Below, one piece after another: positions 18,765 to 28,950 of a stretch of 64,000 nucleotides of DNA (within the stretch, counting starts at the first letter, position 1; every line of letters starts with the position of its first letter). Source of the DNA: a virus; the IMG/VR virus record IMGVR_UViG_3300025151_006410, positions 5,020 through 69,019 of that record; one strand, given 5' to 3'. The notes beneath the pieces are model-generated. The model was not told the DNA's origin, made no database searches, and saw only the letters and a list, made by a program, of their open reading frames with translations. The position numbers and the translations under genes are program-made.

Positions 18765-19594
18765 TATTTCTCTATCTTGGTTAGATATTTTTTTTGTGTA
18801 CTAATTTCACCTGGTTTGGACAAATGGAAAAAAGTGTACATTGAATCAACATGGTACACATTTTCATAATTAAGATCAAATTGGCTTGCAAAGTCCTTGA
18901 TTATTTCAGTACTACAGTATGTTCTTTGTTTACCAACAACTGATTTCCACTCATCTTCGTTATCTGCATCGGTAATATGTAACAATGCCTCTCCACCTGG
19001 TCTTAGTATTTTGCTCAGGTGTTGTATATAATTTCTAACTTGTTCAATTGAAAGATATGGAAAGTAATCAATGCTAAATGTAAATTTAATTTGGTTATGT
19101 GGTACATCATAATCATCTATAATGCCTTCATGATTTAATCTTTTTACTCTAAACATTTGTGGATTACTTGATGGTATCTTGTTTAACTTCCTCTTTACGT
19201 GTGCTAACATTTGATCTAGTGTAAAATTGTTTGTACAAACATAAACTAACGTAGACTTCAAACAGTGTTCTGTGTAATTAGGTCTTGTTGGTAATAATAA
19301 ACACCATGGATATTTCCAATCACTTTGTTTTTGCATCCAATCTTTAATAAAGTTTTGTACAGGAAAAGAATGTTCTATGTTGAGATTTGCAAAAAATTTT
19401 TCATCAAACCCAAAAACAACTTGTGCTTTGCCCATGTCGGCTGATGTAAGTTTATGATATTCATCCATTTCATGAATATTTTTTTTTAGACTGTTGAGTG
19501 TGTTTTGTAATTCATCAGATATTTCTTTAAAGCCTTCTATGTTTGCTTGTTCTAATATTTGAATAGCTTTTTTAATTTGGTGACGTGAAACCAT
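18761..19594 (-). CDS. class I SAM-methyltransferase-like protein
   Basis: FSIDYFPYL...LSKILRPGGEALLH C-terminal MTase motifs; motif I degenerate. Confidence 0.55.
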   Translation of the reverse strand: MVSRHQIKKAIQILEQANIEGFKEISDELQNTLNSLKKNIHEMDEYHKLTSADMGKAQVVFGFDEKFFANLNIEHSFPVQNFIKDWMQKQSDWKYPWCLLLPTRPNYTEHCLKSTLVYVCTNNFTLDQMLAHVKRKLNKIPSSNPQMFRVKRLNHEGIIDDYDVPHNQIKFTFSIDYFPYLSIEQVRNYIQHLSKILRPGGEALLHITDADNEDEWKSVVGKQRTYCSTEIIKDFASQFDLNYENVYHVDSMYTFFHLSKPGEISTQKKYLTKIEKY

Positions 19595-22227
19595 TACGCA
19601 AATAATTTATCAAATGTATTGTCAGCTTCGGAGTTTCCTATGTCCCATTCCAACACACCTATTAAATTGTCTAGTTTTTTATTAATTAAAGTGGCTTCCA
19701 TTTCTGAATCGTCAAATGGCAGTTCTTTGAACCATTCTGGTATGCGTAGTTCATCAGTTGGAATTGCAATAGAAGTATAGCCCATTGGATTAGGCTTTAA
19801 TTTGCACACAATACATTTTTGTCCATCCATAATGTCCATTGAGTATCTGTCATTGTAAACTTTTTTCAGTGTGTTCCAATTGATTGCCGCTCTGACGTGT
19901 CCAGGCATGTTTACTTTTCCTTTGCGTTTCTCACGCGAATGGTATTCAGTAAGTTTATTGACACGTCTTGGAGAACCTTTTTCCCAGCCTGGTCTCTTTT
20001 TAAATTCAAGTCGGAAGTCTGCTATAAAATTCATAATATCTTCTTCTGGTGCGCCAGTCAGCACTTTGTCTAATACGTCTGATAGGAAATTTTGAATATA
20101 ACCAGGAGTATCTGAACGCTTTAAATCTAACCCCATGGCTTTAATTTTATCAACTTTTTCACCTTCGAGATCATATATTTTGATAGCATATCTTTTTTTA
20201 GTAATAAACAATCCTTTGGATCCAATGATTTCTCTACCACCTGCAATAATTTTACCATATGTTGGCGGACAGTTGAATGCTTGTCGCATATATGTTGGAA
20301 ATGATTTGTTTACTTCTTCAGCAACTGAATCATATAATTGCACTACTGAATCTTTGTTCCATGGAATCTTACCAGCATCGATTTCTGTTTTAAGTGACTC
20401 ATATGCAGAAAAATAAACTGAATCTGTATCACCATAAATTATAGATGGTCCTTTGTAATCATACTCGCCAGTAATAATTTCATTTGTTTTTGCTCCCATG
20501 TGTTTTGTAATACATCTACCTGTAAGTGTAGTGCTTTGCCCTATACGTATGTCAAAAAATCTACAGCCTGGATTTAGTATTGCTCCATACAGCGAATTCA
20601 AATTAATCTTTTTTACTAATTGTCTTTTGGCCCAAAATTCCTGTTCTGTTTTGTTTCCAGCGGCAATGGCTTGCCTCATTTTTGCTTGCAGTTCTTTACG
20701 TTCAGCATACCAACGTTCTAGCAAGCCTGGAATAACACCTGCAAATTCATGTGTAAAAATAGTGCCATTCGCACTTAAAAACCATGGTTGATCATTGTTG
20801 AATATTAATTCATACACTTCTGCGGCACTGAGTATATTTGATTCACCAGTTTCCCAATCTATTGTAATGCTTTTTGCTCTGTCTTTTCGCATTACAGCTT
20901 GATACTCTAGTGTGCCAAACTCACCTTCCCATGCTCCTGCAAAGGAAATTTTTTGATTCATTTTTGCTTCTATCTGTGCATCAGTTTCTATTGGTCGGAG
21001 CTGTCCTACAATAGTTTCGTTAGCCATGTTCAATGCTCTAATAACTGATGGATACAGCGAATTGATATCAATTGACCCAATCCAGTCATGCAAGCCTTTT
21101 TTTGGATATGCAACATAGGCACCAGCCGCCGGATCTGACCCAGGCTCACGCCTTACTCTATCAGGAACAACCATACCACGTCTGTGTGCTTCATTAATAA
21201 TAGCTTGTTCAGTCACTGCTACTGCCCCCATTGTAGTTTGTATTAACACAGTGTTTTGATGAGCTAGTTCATTTGATAGTGCGATGAATTTTAATTTGGC
21301 ATCAAGTCTGCCAAGCAGTGCAACGTCTTGCCTGTTGTATTCTATAAACTTAACAAAGTCTTTGTTATACAGTGTATCAAGTGTGCCTTCATAAGGAGTT
21401 TTTTGTTCTCCTAGTTCATGCTTTGAAATAAAGTCAAGTGCGTATGAATGTCTTTCTTCATAGGTGTATTTTCGATATAATTGCATGTAGTCTAAATGCA
21501 CACGACCAATTATGTCATATGTAACTTCTTCGTTGCCAAATCTCTCAAAAGTTCTTTTGCGAGGCATAGTATTCCACAAGCACAAGCGCCTTGTGTCATC
21601 TTTGCTTAATACTTTTTGTATCCTATTCACGGTGTATGGAATATCATAGCCTTCTGAATTCCAACCACTGATTACGTCAGCATCATCAAGTATGTCAATA
21701 AATTTATCCAGCATGTCTGCTTCGTTGGCACACAACATTGTATTATCAAATTGTTGCTCTATAATTTCTGGATTAGGAAAATCTTTTGGTGGAATAGCCA
21801 ACGTTATTAGTTGATCCAGCCATTGCAAATACACAGTGACTGATATAATCGGCATGAATGGATCTGAAGGTTTTGAAAATCCTCTTGCAGGATCAAAGTC
21901 AACTTCAATGTCAAAAAATGCCACATGCAGTTCCGGAGCATCTTTGTTAAGATAGTTTTCCTCTAAACATCTAAATATTGGGTTGATGTCAGTTTCATAT
22001 GTTTTCTTTTCTGAATGATACGCTAATTCACGTTTGAATTCTTTGTTTTGTTTGGTAGCAATTCTTGAAACTGGATTACCATATATGCTTTTGTACTTGC
22101 CTTTTGGGTCATCATAATAAGCAATCCATCTAGCAGGATATTCAGTAAAACGTCTTTTGCCTTCTACACGTTCTACTACAGATATTTTGTCTGCTTCTCT
22201 GTCAAATAATGCGTCAACGTAACTCAT
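19594..22227 (-). CDS. family B DNA polymerase
   Basis: Exo FDIEV and GWNSEGYDIPY; pol DINSLYPS, KINLNSLYG, YGDTDS, KKRY. Confidence 0.96.
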   Translation of the reverse strand: MSYVDALFDREADKISVVERVEGKRRFTEYPARWIAYYDDPKGKYKSIYGNPVSRIATKQNKEFKRELAYHSEKKTYETDINPIFRCLEENYLNKDAPELHVAFFDIEVDFDPARGFSKPSDPFMPIISVTVYLQWLDQLITLAIPPKDFPNPEIIEQQFDNTMLCANEADMLDKFIDILDDADVISGWNSEGYDIPYTVNRIQKVLSKDDTRRLCLWNTMPRKRTFERFGNEEVTYDIIGRVHLDYMQLYRKYTYEERHSYALDFISKHELGEQKTPYEGTLDTLYNKDFVKFIEYNRQDVALLGRLDAKLKFIALSNELAHQNTVLIQTTMGAVAVTEQAIINEAHRRGMVVPDRVRREPGSDPAAGAYVAYPKKGLHDWIGSIDINSLYPSVIRALNMANETIVGQLRPIETDAQIEAKMNQKISFAGAWEGEFGTLEYQAVMRKDRAKSITIDWETGESNILSAAEVYELIFNNDQPWFLSANGTIFTHEFAGVIPGLLERWYAERKELQAKMRQAIAAGNKTEQEFWAKRQLVKKINLNSLYGAILNPGCRFFDIRIGQSTTLTGRCITKHMGAKTNEIITGEYDYKGPSIIYGDTDSVYFSAYESLKTEIDAGKIPWNKDSVVQLYDSVAEEVNKSFPTYMRQAFNCPPTYGKIIAGGREIIGSKGLFITKKRYAIKIYDLEGEKVDKIKAMGLDLKRSDTPGYIQNFLSDVLDKVLTGAPEEDIMNFIADFRLEFKKRPGWEKGSPRRVNKLTEYHSREKRKGKVNMPGHVRAAINWNTLKKVYNDRYSMDIMDGQKCIVCKLKPNPMGYTSIAIPTDELRIPEWFKELPFDDSEMEATLINKKLDNLIGVLEWDIGNSEADNTFDKLFA

Positions 22228-22511
22228 TTAATGTAATCCATAATCAAAACAAATAATGCAATAGCGTTCATTAATGTAAACCAACTGCACAAAAATATCA
22301 CCATTCCTGCTCGTCGTATCCATGAACTAATTATACCCAATGCTGATCCAATCATATACAATGGCACAAACAGCCATGTTGCTGGATCAAGTATTGTGTA
22401 TGTAATAATAAAACTTGCTCCTATTAGAAGCACAGTTTCTATTGCTTCACACCAAAAGGCAAATGGACTTTGCACATAAGATTCACTAAAGAATTTTTTG
22501 ATTACTTGCAC
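22224..22511 (-). CDS. small membrane protein
   Basis: three hydrophobic segments. Confidence 0.7.
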   Translation of the reverse strand: MQVIKKFFSESYVQSPFAFWCEAIETVLLIGASFIITYTILDPATWLFVPLYMIGSALGIISSWIRRAGMVIFLCSWFTLMNAIALFVLIMDYIK

Positions 22512-22768
22512 TATGATGTTTTCTTAACTACTTCTAAAATGTGTTCAAGATCCTCAAACTCTTGTCGTTCAGCTGACAATGATTCTTTGTATGCCACGTT
22601 CACTACTTTTGACAGCAACGCAGGCTTTAGTTCCATTTCATCAGCAATAGCTTTGATAGTTTCTCGTAATCCTGTATTCAAATCAGCAACTTCTTGCTTC
22701 ACTTGTATTCCACTGTTTACAAGATGTTTTAGTTTTGTTATTTCTTCTTGATTAAAAACTTTTTCCAT
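22511..22768 (-). CDS. T4 DsbA-like small dsDNA-binding protein
   Basis: 85 aa helical; pattern LRETIKAIADEMELKPALLSKVVNVAYK; sigma70-like TTGCAA/TATAAT upstream (22788-22815). Confidence 0.55.
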   Translation of the reverse strand: MEKVFNQEEITKLKHLVNSGIQVKQEVADLNTGLRETIKAIADEMELKPALLSKVVNVAYKESLSAERQEFEDLEHILEVVKKTS

Positions 22769-22788
22769 AATAATCTCCTGTTGTGTTA

Positions 22789-23379
22789 TTATAACAGGAT
22801 TTGTTTTTTTTGCAAGTGTTCAATCACACGCTCAGCGATTATTTTGTGTCCTTTCTTAGTTGGGTGCCCACATGGTGTATTTCCTACACCATCAACTACT
22901 TCGAGTATTGATGTTGGTAACCAATTTTCAGGATCAAAATTCCTAGTGCGTTTTCTTTCTTCTGGAAAGGCACACCATTGAAAATGTGGTATTTGATTTT
23001 TCAACAATTTGTCTACAATCCATGTTTTATCTACCCAGTCTTGAAATTGCACATCTGTATTCATATCTTTGTACCATTGCTCAATAAACTTCCCAGGAAA
23101 TGAGTTTCCATTGGGTTGCATTTGATAAACTATTTCGCCATGATGCACTTCTGAACGATTCCAATGACTCCATGTCACAATTATTGCGTCTACGTCTGCA
23201 TTCTTTCTCATATAATTCACAAGGTTTCGTAATATGGCATGATTTGACCCGCCTGCCACAAATTGATTGTCTGCTTTCATATAAAAATGTTTTGCAACTA
23301 AGTTAGGCCAAATGTCTGGATCATCTGTTCTAAATGGAGTGCCTTGCGTGAAAGAGTCTCCAAAAAAAGCTATGGTCAT
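22789..23379 (-). CDS. SGNH/GDSL hydrolase-like protein
   Basis: FFGDSFTQG, GGSN, C-terminal GHPTKKGH. Confidence 0.8.
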   Translation of the reverse strand: MTIAFFGDSFTQGTPFRTDDPDIWPNLVAKHFYMKADNQFVAGGSNHAILRNLVNYMRKNADVDAIIVTWSHWNRSEVHHGEIVYQMQPNGNSFPGKFIEQWYKDMNTDVQFQDWVDKTWIVDKLLKNQIPHFQWCAFPEERKRTRNFDPENWLPTSILEVVDGVGNTPCGHPTKKGHKIIAERVIEHLQKKQILL

Positions 23380-23543
23380 TACTGTTTTATTTTAAATGTT
23401 TTATTGTCTTTGTCAATAGCTTCTTTATCAAACCAACGTTTCGCTGGTCTGTGTTTATTAAGTTTAAGTCCCCTAGCACCAGGACTTTGAGGTTTAACTG
23501 TTTGCTGTGCTACCGGTATGTCCATGATTTCTGAGATTTTCAT
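23379..23543 (-). CDS. small late protein with MKISEI N-terminus (54 aa, not in ORF track)
   Basis: TAAATA at 23549-23554; MKISEIMDIPVAQQTVKPQSPGARGLKLNK...; TAATG coupling to next gene. Confidence 0.65.
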   Translation of the reverse strand: MKISEIMDIPVAQQTVKPQSPGARGLKLNKHRPAKRWFDKEAIDKDNKTFKIKQ

Positions 23544-23551
23544 ACAAGTAT

Positions 23552-24232
23552 TTACTTGTCATCTGATTTAAAGCCTTCGTCATAATTAAACTGTTCTGGC
23601 TTTTCTTGTTCAAACTGTGTAAAATACGAGTCATCTGTGATGGATTCTTCTCTGGTGTTTTCAACTGTGTAGAAGTTTTGATCAATAAGGTAACCTGGAT
23701 TGCTTTGTAATCTTTCTTCCATAAATGCGTCATCATACCAAACAATTCTGTTGTTCGGATAACAAAAGAATGTGCCTTCATCCATTCTAAACATATGTCC
23801 GCATTTGTGTTCTGGGTCTTCTGAGAAATTTGTATCTAGTATGGCACCTTTATCTTCCCAACCCCAGTCCACTGTGAACATGTATGTTCCTTTGCGTTTA
23901 ACACCTTTCCAGTCAATAAGTTCTGCTCTACAGTTTGCAAGTCTATTTCTTCTTTGTACATTTACGTATGGCGAAAAACAATCCCAATACATGTGTACAT
24001 TTAATGGATGTTTTGGTGCATCTTTTTTCCAAACTAATGAATGGATTGGTCTACGTGTCCAATTGACTCCATTTGGTAACAGCACTTCGAATAACAATGC
24101 TCTGCGTTCTAAAGATGCTATACAGTGTACATCACAAAATGAAAATGTATCATGCCCTTTGGTATGGTTATATAGATATTCATTTCTGATGTAAGCTGAA
24201 AAAGGTGGAATATTATGGTTTAAGTATGCCAT
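23552..24232 (-). CDS. conserved-looking phage hypothetical protein
   Basis: 226 aa ORF MAYLNHNIPP..., WDCFS, YMFTVDW, EHKC, YPNNR. Confidence 0.75.
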   Translation of the reverse strand: MAYLNHNIPPFSAYIRNEYLYNHTKGHDTFSFCDVHCIASLERRALLFEVLLPNGVNWTRRPIHSLVWKKDAPKHPLNVHMYWDCFSPYVNVQRRNRLANCRAELIDWKGVKRKGTYMFTVDWGWEDKGAILDTNFSEDPEHKCGHMFRMDEGTFFCYPNNRIVWYDDAFMEERLQSNPGYLIDQNFYTVENTREESITDDSYFTQFEQEKPEQFNYDEGFKSDDK

Positions 24233-24257
24233 CTACACTGCTACTTATTAAAATTTC

Positions 24258-24458
24258 TTAATCTCCATTTACAACTTGATTCATCTGCTTTATGCGATCA
24301 CTTGCATAATGATCAAACCATCTAGGCGCCAACCCGTGTATTAGTAAAGCCAACATAGCTGTAAAACACGCCCATGCTAATGCCCAAGCAAATTTGAGAT
24401 GTTGCCAAGCAGTCATATTGTTTTCTTCTAAATGTGCTTTACACTTTTTAGATATCAT
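24258..24458 (-). CDS. small hypothetical protein (DUF6356-like)
   Basis: HLEENNMTAWQHLKFAW...IHGLAP. Confidence 0.6.
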   Translation of the reverse strand: MISKKCKAHLEENNMTAWQHLKFAWALAWACFTAMLALLIHGLAPRWFDHYASDRIKQMNQVVNGD

Positions 24459-25333
24459 TATTTTTTAGGCTTGTTGCTTACGTTGATTGCTTTGCCTTTT
24501 CTATTAGGATTTTTGTCTTTTGATCTTTTTCTACGCACTGCGGCCGCAATGGCTTTTTTGCCTCCACTTGCACGTAATGAAGCCGCTCTGGCTTTGGATA
24601 AGCATTTTGGTTTGCCTTCGCCTGGTTTACGATCACCACATTTACCTATGCGTTCGCCTTTGGCATTGTAACGATCCCAACCTCCTCCACCAGCTCCACC
24701 TTTTTTGCCTTTGCCGAACCAAGCTCTTAGTCCAGAATGGTTTGCTTCGTCCACCTGGTCATGTGTAGCACATGAATCTAATAGATCGTAATATTCATAA
24801 AAGAAGTTAATTGCTTTTGTTTCATCTGCAGTTTCATACACTACATCTTCAAACTTGTCTATGATTGCGTATCTGTTTTCATTTTTGACACAGTTTGGAA
24901 CACGTTTGCCAAACATTTTTTTGAAACCTTTGCGTTTATACCCTTTCCAACAACGTGTGCCTTCAGTCATCTGTGACTTCACTATCTCACTCTTAACTTT
25001 TTTTGGAACTTCTTCTTCATACTCTTCATCTTTAAATTTGTAAACTGTAACATTTGGTCTTTGACCTGGCATGCCTTGCATAGGTTCTTGTGGGATTGAT
25101 ATATCAGTCTGACCTTTTTGGAGTAAGGTATCTAAACCTAAACTTGCCACTTCCTTGTCAGTTGCTGGCACTACCTTAATAAAGTTAGCTGGATCGTCTT
25201 TTGACTTTCCAGTTATCGATCCACTTCTCTTAAAAGTTGTTTTAACATATTTTCCTGTTGGCATTTTTACAAAGGCAATGTTAGATGCAAATGTGTCTAG
25301 TTCGGACAATTTTTGTATTTCTGCAAGTTTCAT
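24458..25333 (-). CDS. putative internal head protein with basic C-terminal domains
   Basis: likely start MKLAEI at 25333 (ATGA overlap); modules CWKGYK..PNCV and LRAWFG..PKCL. Confidence 0.65.
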   Translation of the reverse strand: MKLAEIQKLSELDTFASNIAFVKMPTGKYVKTTFKRSGSITGKSKDDPANFIKVVPATDKEVASLGLDTLLQKGQTDISIPQEPMQGMPGQRPNVTVYKFKDEEYEEEVPKKVKSEIVKSQMTEGTRCWKGYKRKGFKKMFGKRVPNCVKNENRYAIIDKFEDVVYETADETKAINFFYEYYDLLDSCATHDQVDEANHSGLRAWFGKGKKGGAGGGGWDRYNAKGERIGKCGDRKPGEGKPKCLSKARAASLRASGGKKAIAAAVRRKRSKDKNPNRKGKAINVSNKPKK

Positions 25334-25518
25334 TTCTTTTTGCCGCCTGTTCCCCAGTTCTTGGCACCTTTTTTGCGGCACTGAACTAGAGCACCAGAGG
25401 CATAAGCACTAGGCCAAACTTTGTATCTTGATTTTACTTTATAGTAGCAGGCGTCTTTTTTCTCTGCTAGTCTTTCAAACTCTTCTTCTGTGATACCTGT
25501 GATTTCGTTGACTTTCAT
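25330..25518 (-). CDS. putative internal head protein
   Basis: MKVNEI...EKKDACYYKVKSRYKVWPSAYASGALVQCRK. Confidence 0.7.
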   Translation of the reverse strand: MKVNEITGITEEEFERLAEKKDACYYKVKSRYKVWPSAYASGALVQCRKKGAKNWGTGGKKK

Positions 25519-25521
25519 ACA

Positions 25522-25917
25522 TTACCAATTTCTACAAGACCAGTATCTTGCTTTTGTTTTTGGTCCTGGATTATCACAGTTGTGTCTTGCTCTGAATGAG
25601 CGTCTTCTTGCTGGATTAGATTTTCTAATTCTCATGGTTGGTCTTTTTGCTGAAGTACCACCATGTCCAAAATTTACTTTTTTGACATTGCCTGTTTTTG
25701 GGTCTTTGACATATACTTTGAATTTTTTTACATCTCCACGCATTGGCTTGTTGAGTGGAACTTTTCTACCTCGATATTCTGCCTCCCAAACTTCTTCTTC
25801 TGGAAACCCCAGTATACCAAATACGTCATTAAATTCTTCGTGATCTTCTACAGTAATTTCGTCCTCTATTGGAAAGTCAACATATTCAACTGCTTGAAAA
25901 AATTCATCTAGTTTCAT
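25522..25917 (-). CDS. putative internal head protein, basic C-terminal domain
   Basis: MKLDEF, acidic leader, then EAEYRGRKVPLNKP...SFRARHNC...RYWSC. Confidence 0.72.
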   Translation of the reverse strand: MKLDEFFQAVEYVDFPIEDEITVEDHEEFNDVFGILGFPEEEVWEAEYRGRKVPLNKPMRGDVKKFKVYVKDPKTGNVKKVNFGHGGTSAKRPTMRIRKSNPARRRSFRARHNCDNPGPKTKARYWSCRNW

Positions 25918-27017
25918 GCTGAGCTGATCCTGTCATCATAGTCCATACCCATTTCGTATGGCACAAACATTGTTTTACCCATTCTTTTACCACTGCCTTC
26001 GTCTTTTTCTACTTTGACATGATATCCTAATGCTCCTGGCTGTGATTGAGATTCGGCATCAACTTTTGTTACTGTGCCTATGATAAATCTATCTGGTCTG
26101 CCTGGCATTGGTTCAAAATCGTATGCTTTGATTTTGTCACCTTCTTTGTATTTGCCTTGAAACTTTAATGCTTCATCTACATTATCGCAATCGCATCCTT
26201 CTTCACCTTCACATGCACAATCGCTTACAGTTTCCATTTGGTCTGCTTCATCGTAATATTCTTTTGCTTTTTGTACTTCTCTATCAAAACTTAAACCTGT
26301 TATTTCAGCAAAGTGAATAGCATCAGCAAGTAAGTCAGCAAGTGAATCAATTCTATTTGCTCTCATTATTTTATCGATTGCAATAGCTTTTGATTTGTTT
26401 GGTACTGCTTCAAAAATGCCTTCTTTCATTTTCTTTTTCTTTTTCATCTTGTGCATTGATTCATCAATAGAAAGATCGGCTAATATTTCTTGTGCATCTT
26501 CAAAGTCTTGTTTTTCTTTGTCAGACAATCCTGATGTTTTTTCTTTTTTTGCAAGATTTCTTATAAATGCTCTTGCTTTGTCTGGATCAAAATCAAACAT
26601 TGCTTTAAGTCTTGCTACGTTGTTTTCACCAATTACTTCTTCGTCTTCGTCTTTCATTTTCTTTTTGTCTTTTTTGAAATGTGGCTCTTTTGCATCTTTT
26701 GGTTTTGCTGTAGTTGTAACACCAATTTTAGAATCACGATTTTTGTATTTGTCTCTAGCCCCTAGCCCAATTTGTCCTAATGAATATTCACCTAGTAATG
26801 CTTGCACTAACTTTGATTCTGCAAATTTTGGATTGGCTGATGCTAGTGCTGTTAGATATGTTCTTGGTTGAACTCCTCTTGATCTTGCCGCATCTGAAAT
26901 CATTTTTTCAAAATCTAATAATTTAACTTTTGCTTCCATTTTTGATGCTGGTTTCTTGGCTTTTTTCTGTTTTTTCATTTCGTCTATATTGTTAAAAAGG
27001 TCTGTTAAGAAGTTCAT
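25914..27017 (-). CDS. putative internal head (poly)protein
   Basis: TAAATA 5 nt upstream; K/E-rich modular 367 aa ORF. Confidence 0.65.
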   Translation of the reverse strand: MNFLTDLFNNIDEMKKQKKAKKPASKMEAKVKLLDFEKMISDAARSRGVQPRTYLTALASANPKFAESKLVQALLGEYSLGQIGLGARDKYKNRDSKIGVTTTAKPKDAKEPHFKKDKKKMKDEDEEVIGENNVARLKAMFDFDPDKARAFIRNLAKKEKTSGLSDKEKQDFEDAQEILADLSIDESMHKMKKKKKMKEGIFEAVPNKSKAIAIDKIMRANRIDSLADLLADAIHFAEITGLSFDREVQKAKEYYDEADQMETVSDCACEGEEGCDCDNVDEALKFQGKYKEGDKIKAYDFEPMPGRPDRFIIGTVTKVDAESQSQPGALGYHVKVEKDEGSGKRMGKTMFVPYEMGMDYDDRISSA

Positions 27018-27028
27018 GCAAATATTTA

Positions 27029-27268
27029 TTACAACTTAAAAGTTGTGCTTTGTTTTGATTTTAATAAAAATCTATTATTACAAGTAAAGGTACCTTTTCC
27101 TGTGTTTTGTACCATGCAATCATCTGATTCTGAGTCACTTGCATAATGGAAAGTAAGTTTATTTTTGTTAAATTTTAAAGTTTGATCCAAAAATATTTCA
27201 TTATTAATGAATACTCTAACAGAAGTAGACTGATCACCATTAACAACAATGCTGGCTGTTTTTAACAT
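27029..27268 (-). CDS. hypothetical protein
   Basis: 79 aa, TAATG coupled. Confidence 0.5.
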   Translation of the reverse strand: MLKTASIVVNGDQSTSVRVFINNEIFLDQTLKFNKNKLTFHYASDSESDDCMVQNTGKGTFTCNNRFLLKSKQSTTFKL

Positions 27269-27519
27269 TATCTACGTATTAGTGCAGGTCCACCAAATAT
27301 TGATGTGCCTTTCATATCAAGTGCATTGTCAGTGGGTTTTTGCTTCTTTATTTTAGGTACTCTTGGAGCTTTTTTGCCTGATCTGCCAGGCTTGCCTGTA
27401 AAAGATTTTTTAGTCCTATCTTTGCCAATAGCAATGTGTGGCGAAGCTACAGTGGCAATGTTTGCTGATGATGTTGCTCCCGCTGTTGCTTGCTCTTTGA
27501 TGATGTCTGATATTTTCAT
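27268..27519 (-). CDS. putative internal head protein
   Basis: start MKISDIIKE at 27519, TAAATA at 27525-27530; ATAGATSSANIA motif. Confidence 0.68.
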   Translation of the reverse strand: MKISDIIKEQATAGATSSANIATVASPHIAIGKDRTKKSFTGKPGRSGKKAPRVPKIKKQKPTDNALDMKGTSIFGGPALIRR

Positions 27520-27530
27520 ACAAGTATTTA

Positions 27531-28292
27531 CTAGTACACTGTTACGTTTTGAATTCCTAACATCATGTTTATGCATGTCAAATAATCTACTACTGATGTT
27601 ATTTTCCTATAAAAAAACACATCTGACATAGGCAGGGTTTTTTTGCCTATGGTTAGATATTGCCATCTTTCTGATGATGACATGCTGGTGGAACAGTTAA
27701 CATGAATATAAGGATCTTGCCTAAATGATATGTACAAATTTCTACGTGGATGTACATTACCAGGCACATGATAGCACACAAACCAACTGTTTGGCACATA
27801 TTCAAAATTTTTGTTACTCATTTTAATAAAGGTTTTTACTGAGATATCATTCAACTGTAAGGTAGTAAAGGTTTCAGCATTCACTTGTTGTAGGTCAATT
27901 TTAAATTCAGATTTTCCAGTGTCTTCACCTGCACCTAGCCATGATATTCCTTGTGATAGTAACCATCGATGATCTGCATCGTCAGTGGTAGGAGTCACTG
28001 CTGGCATAAATGCTGTTACACCTACGTATTTTTTCCTATAGTATGGCTGTCGTCTCCATATGCAAAATGGTGTTGCATGGAAATTTTCGTCATGATGTGT
28101 GTATTGCACTGTAAGTTTAATATCATTGGTTACTGGCTCATGTTCTCCTGCCACCACAGGCACGTGTAAAAAATGTCCACTTGCGTCTAGTTCATAAAAC
28201 TTATCATTATTAATACACCTCACAGTGTAGGATTGGCATGCTTTGGGCATGATATAGGCAATAAATTGATTGTATGGTCCTGATGCGTCCAT
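27531..28292 (-). CDS. hypothetical protein
   Basis: long ORF; likely start MDASG by TAATG coupling. Confidence 0.6.
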   Translation of the reverse strand: MDASGPYNQFIAYIMPKACQSYTVRCINNDKFYELDASGHFLHVPVVAGEHEPVTNDIKLTVQYTHHDENFHATPFCIWRRQPYYRKKYVGVTAFMPAVTPTTDDADHRWLLSQGISWLGAGEDTGKSEFKIDLQQVNAETFTTLQLNDISVKTFIKMSNKNFEYVPNSWFVCYHVPGNVHPRRNLYISFRQDPYIHVNCSTSMSSSERWQYLTIGKKTLPMSDVFFYRKITSVVDYLTCINMMLGIQNVTVY

Positions 28293-28939
28293 TAAAAATA
28301 TTTGTCTTTCATTGCCCAATGGTGCCATACATCTTCATACTTGTTATGCATTCTTCCATCATATGTTTCATTGTTGCTGTCTAACCAAGCATTGTGTATA
28401 TCTGATACTGTTGATTTGTCAAGTGATATTTTCAGTAGTTTTGCAATGTGCATGATTCTTTTAACAAATATTTTCCTATTATCAAAAAATTCATAAAACT
28501 TTAACGCCATATGTGGAACGCCTTGTCTTTGAATATAAAAAAGCATTTCATTGTGATAGTTCATATGCAGATGCATTATATTATCATTCATAACAGATTG
28601 ATGTATAAATTTATGCCTCCACTTTATTAATTTCTTACTTTCTATATCACCACAATCAATATACACAATTTGATCGAGCTTGTGTAGGTCTTTAAACCGT
28701 ACTTGGAAAGATGGTACTATGCCTATTTTTTCATGCAATCCAAACTTATATTCACGCAAGACCCATGGGTCTTTATTTGTTTTGTATAGGTCAGTGTAGT
28801 GTTCACCTTTATCATTGAATGCTGTGGAAAAAATTTGTGCAATCAGATTGCCACCACTCAATGGCATGTACACAATGTTGCACAGTCTTGAGCCATTTAA
28901 TTTTCCTTTGTCTGAATCCAATTGCTTGATATACGCCAT
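28292..28939 (-). CDS. hypothetical protein, sulfotransferase/P-loop-like; paralogue of 28951-29601
   Basis: IVYMPLSGGNLIAQIFST. Confidence 0.6.
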   Translation of the reverse strand: MAYIKQLDSDKGKLNGSRLCNIVYMPLSGGNLIAQIFSTAFNDKGEHYTDLYKTNKDPWVLREYKFGLHEKIGIVPSFQVRFKDLHKLDQIVYIDCGDIESKKLIKWRHKFIHQSVMNDNIMHLHMNYHNEMLFYIQRQGVPHMALKFYEFFDNRKIFVKRIMHIAKLLKISLDKSTVSDIHNAWLDSNNETYDGRMHNKYEDVWHHWAMKDKYF

Positions 28940-28950
28940 GTTACTAATAG

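Noticed and set aside
19594-22227. Possible intein or intron in DNA polymerase
   Set aside because: The 877-aa ORF is continuous with normally spaced motifs; no splicing or homing-endonuclease signatures.
23494-23781. Alternative-frame minus-strand ORFs (also 1920-2120, 8890-9072, 14490-14765, 37438-37758, 43765-43983)
   Set aside because: They overlap better-supported genes in another frame and lack start signals.
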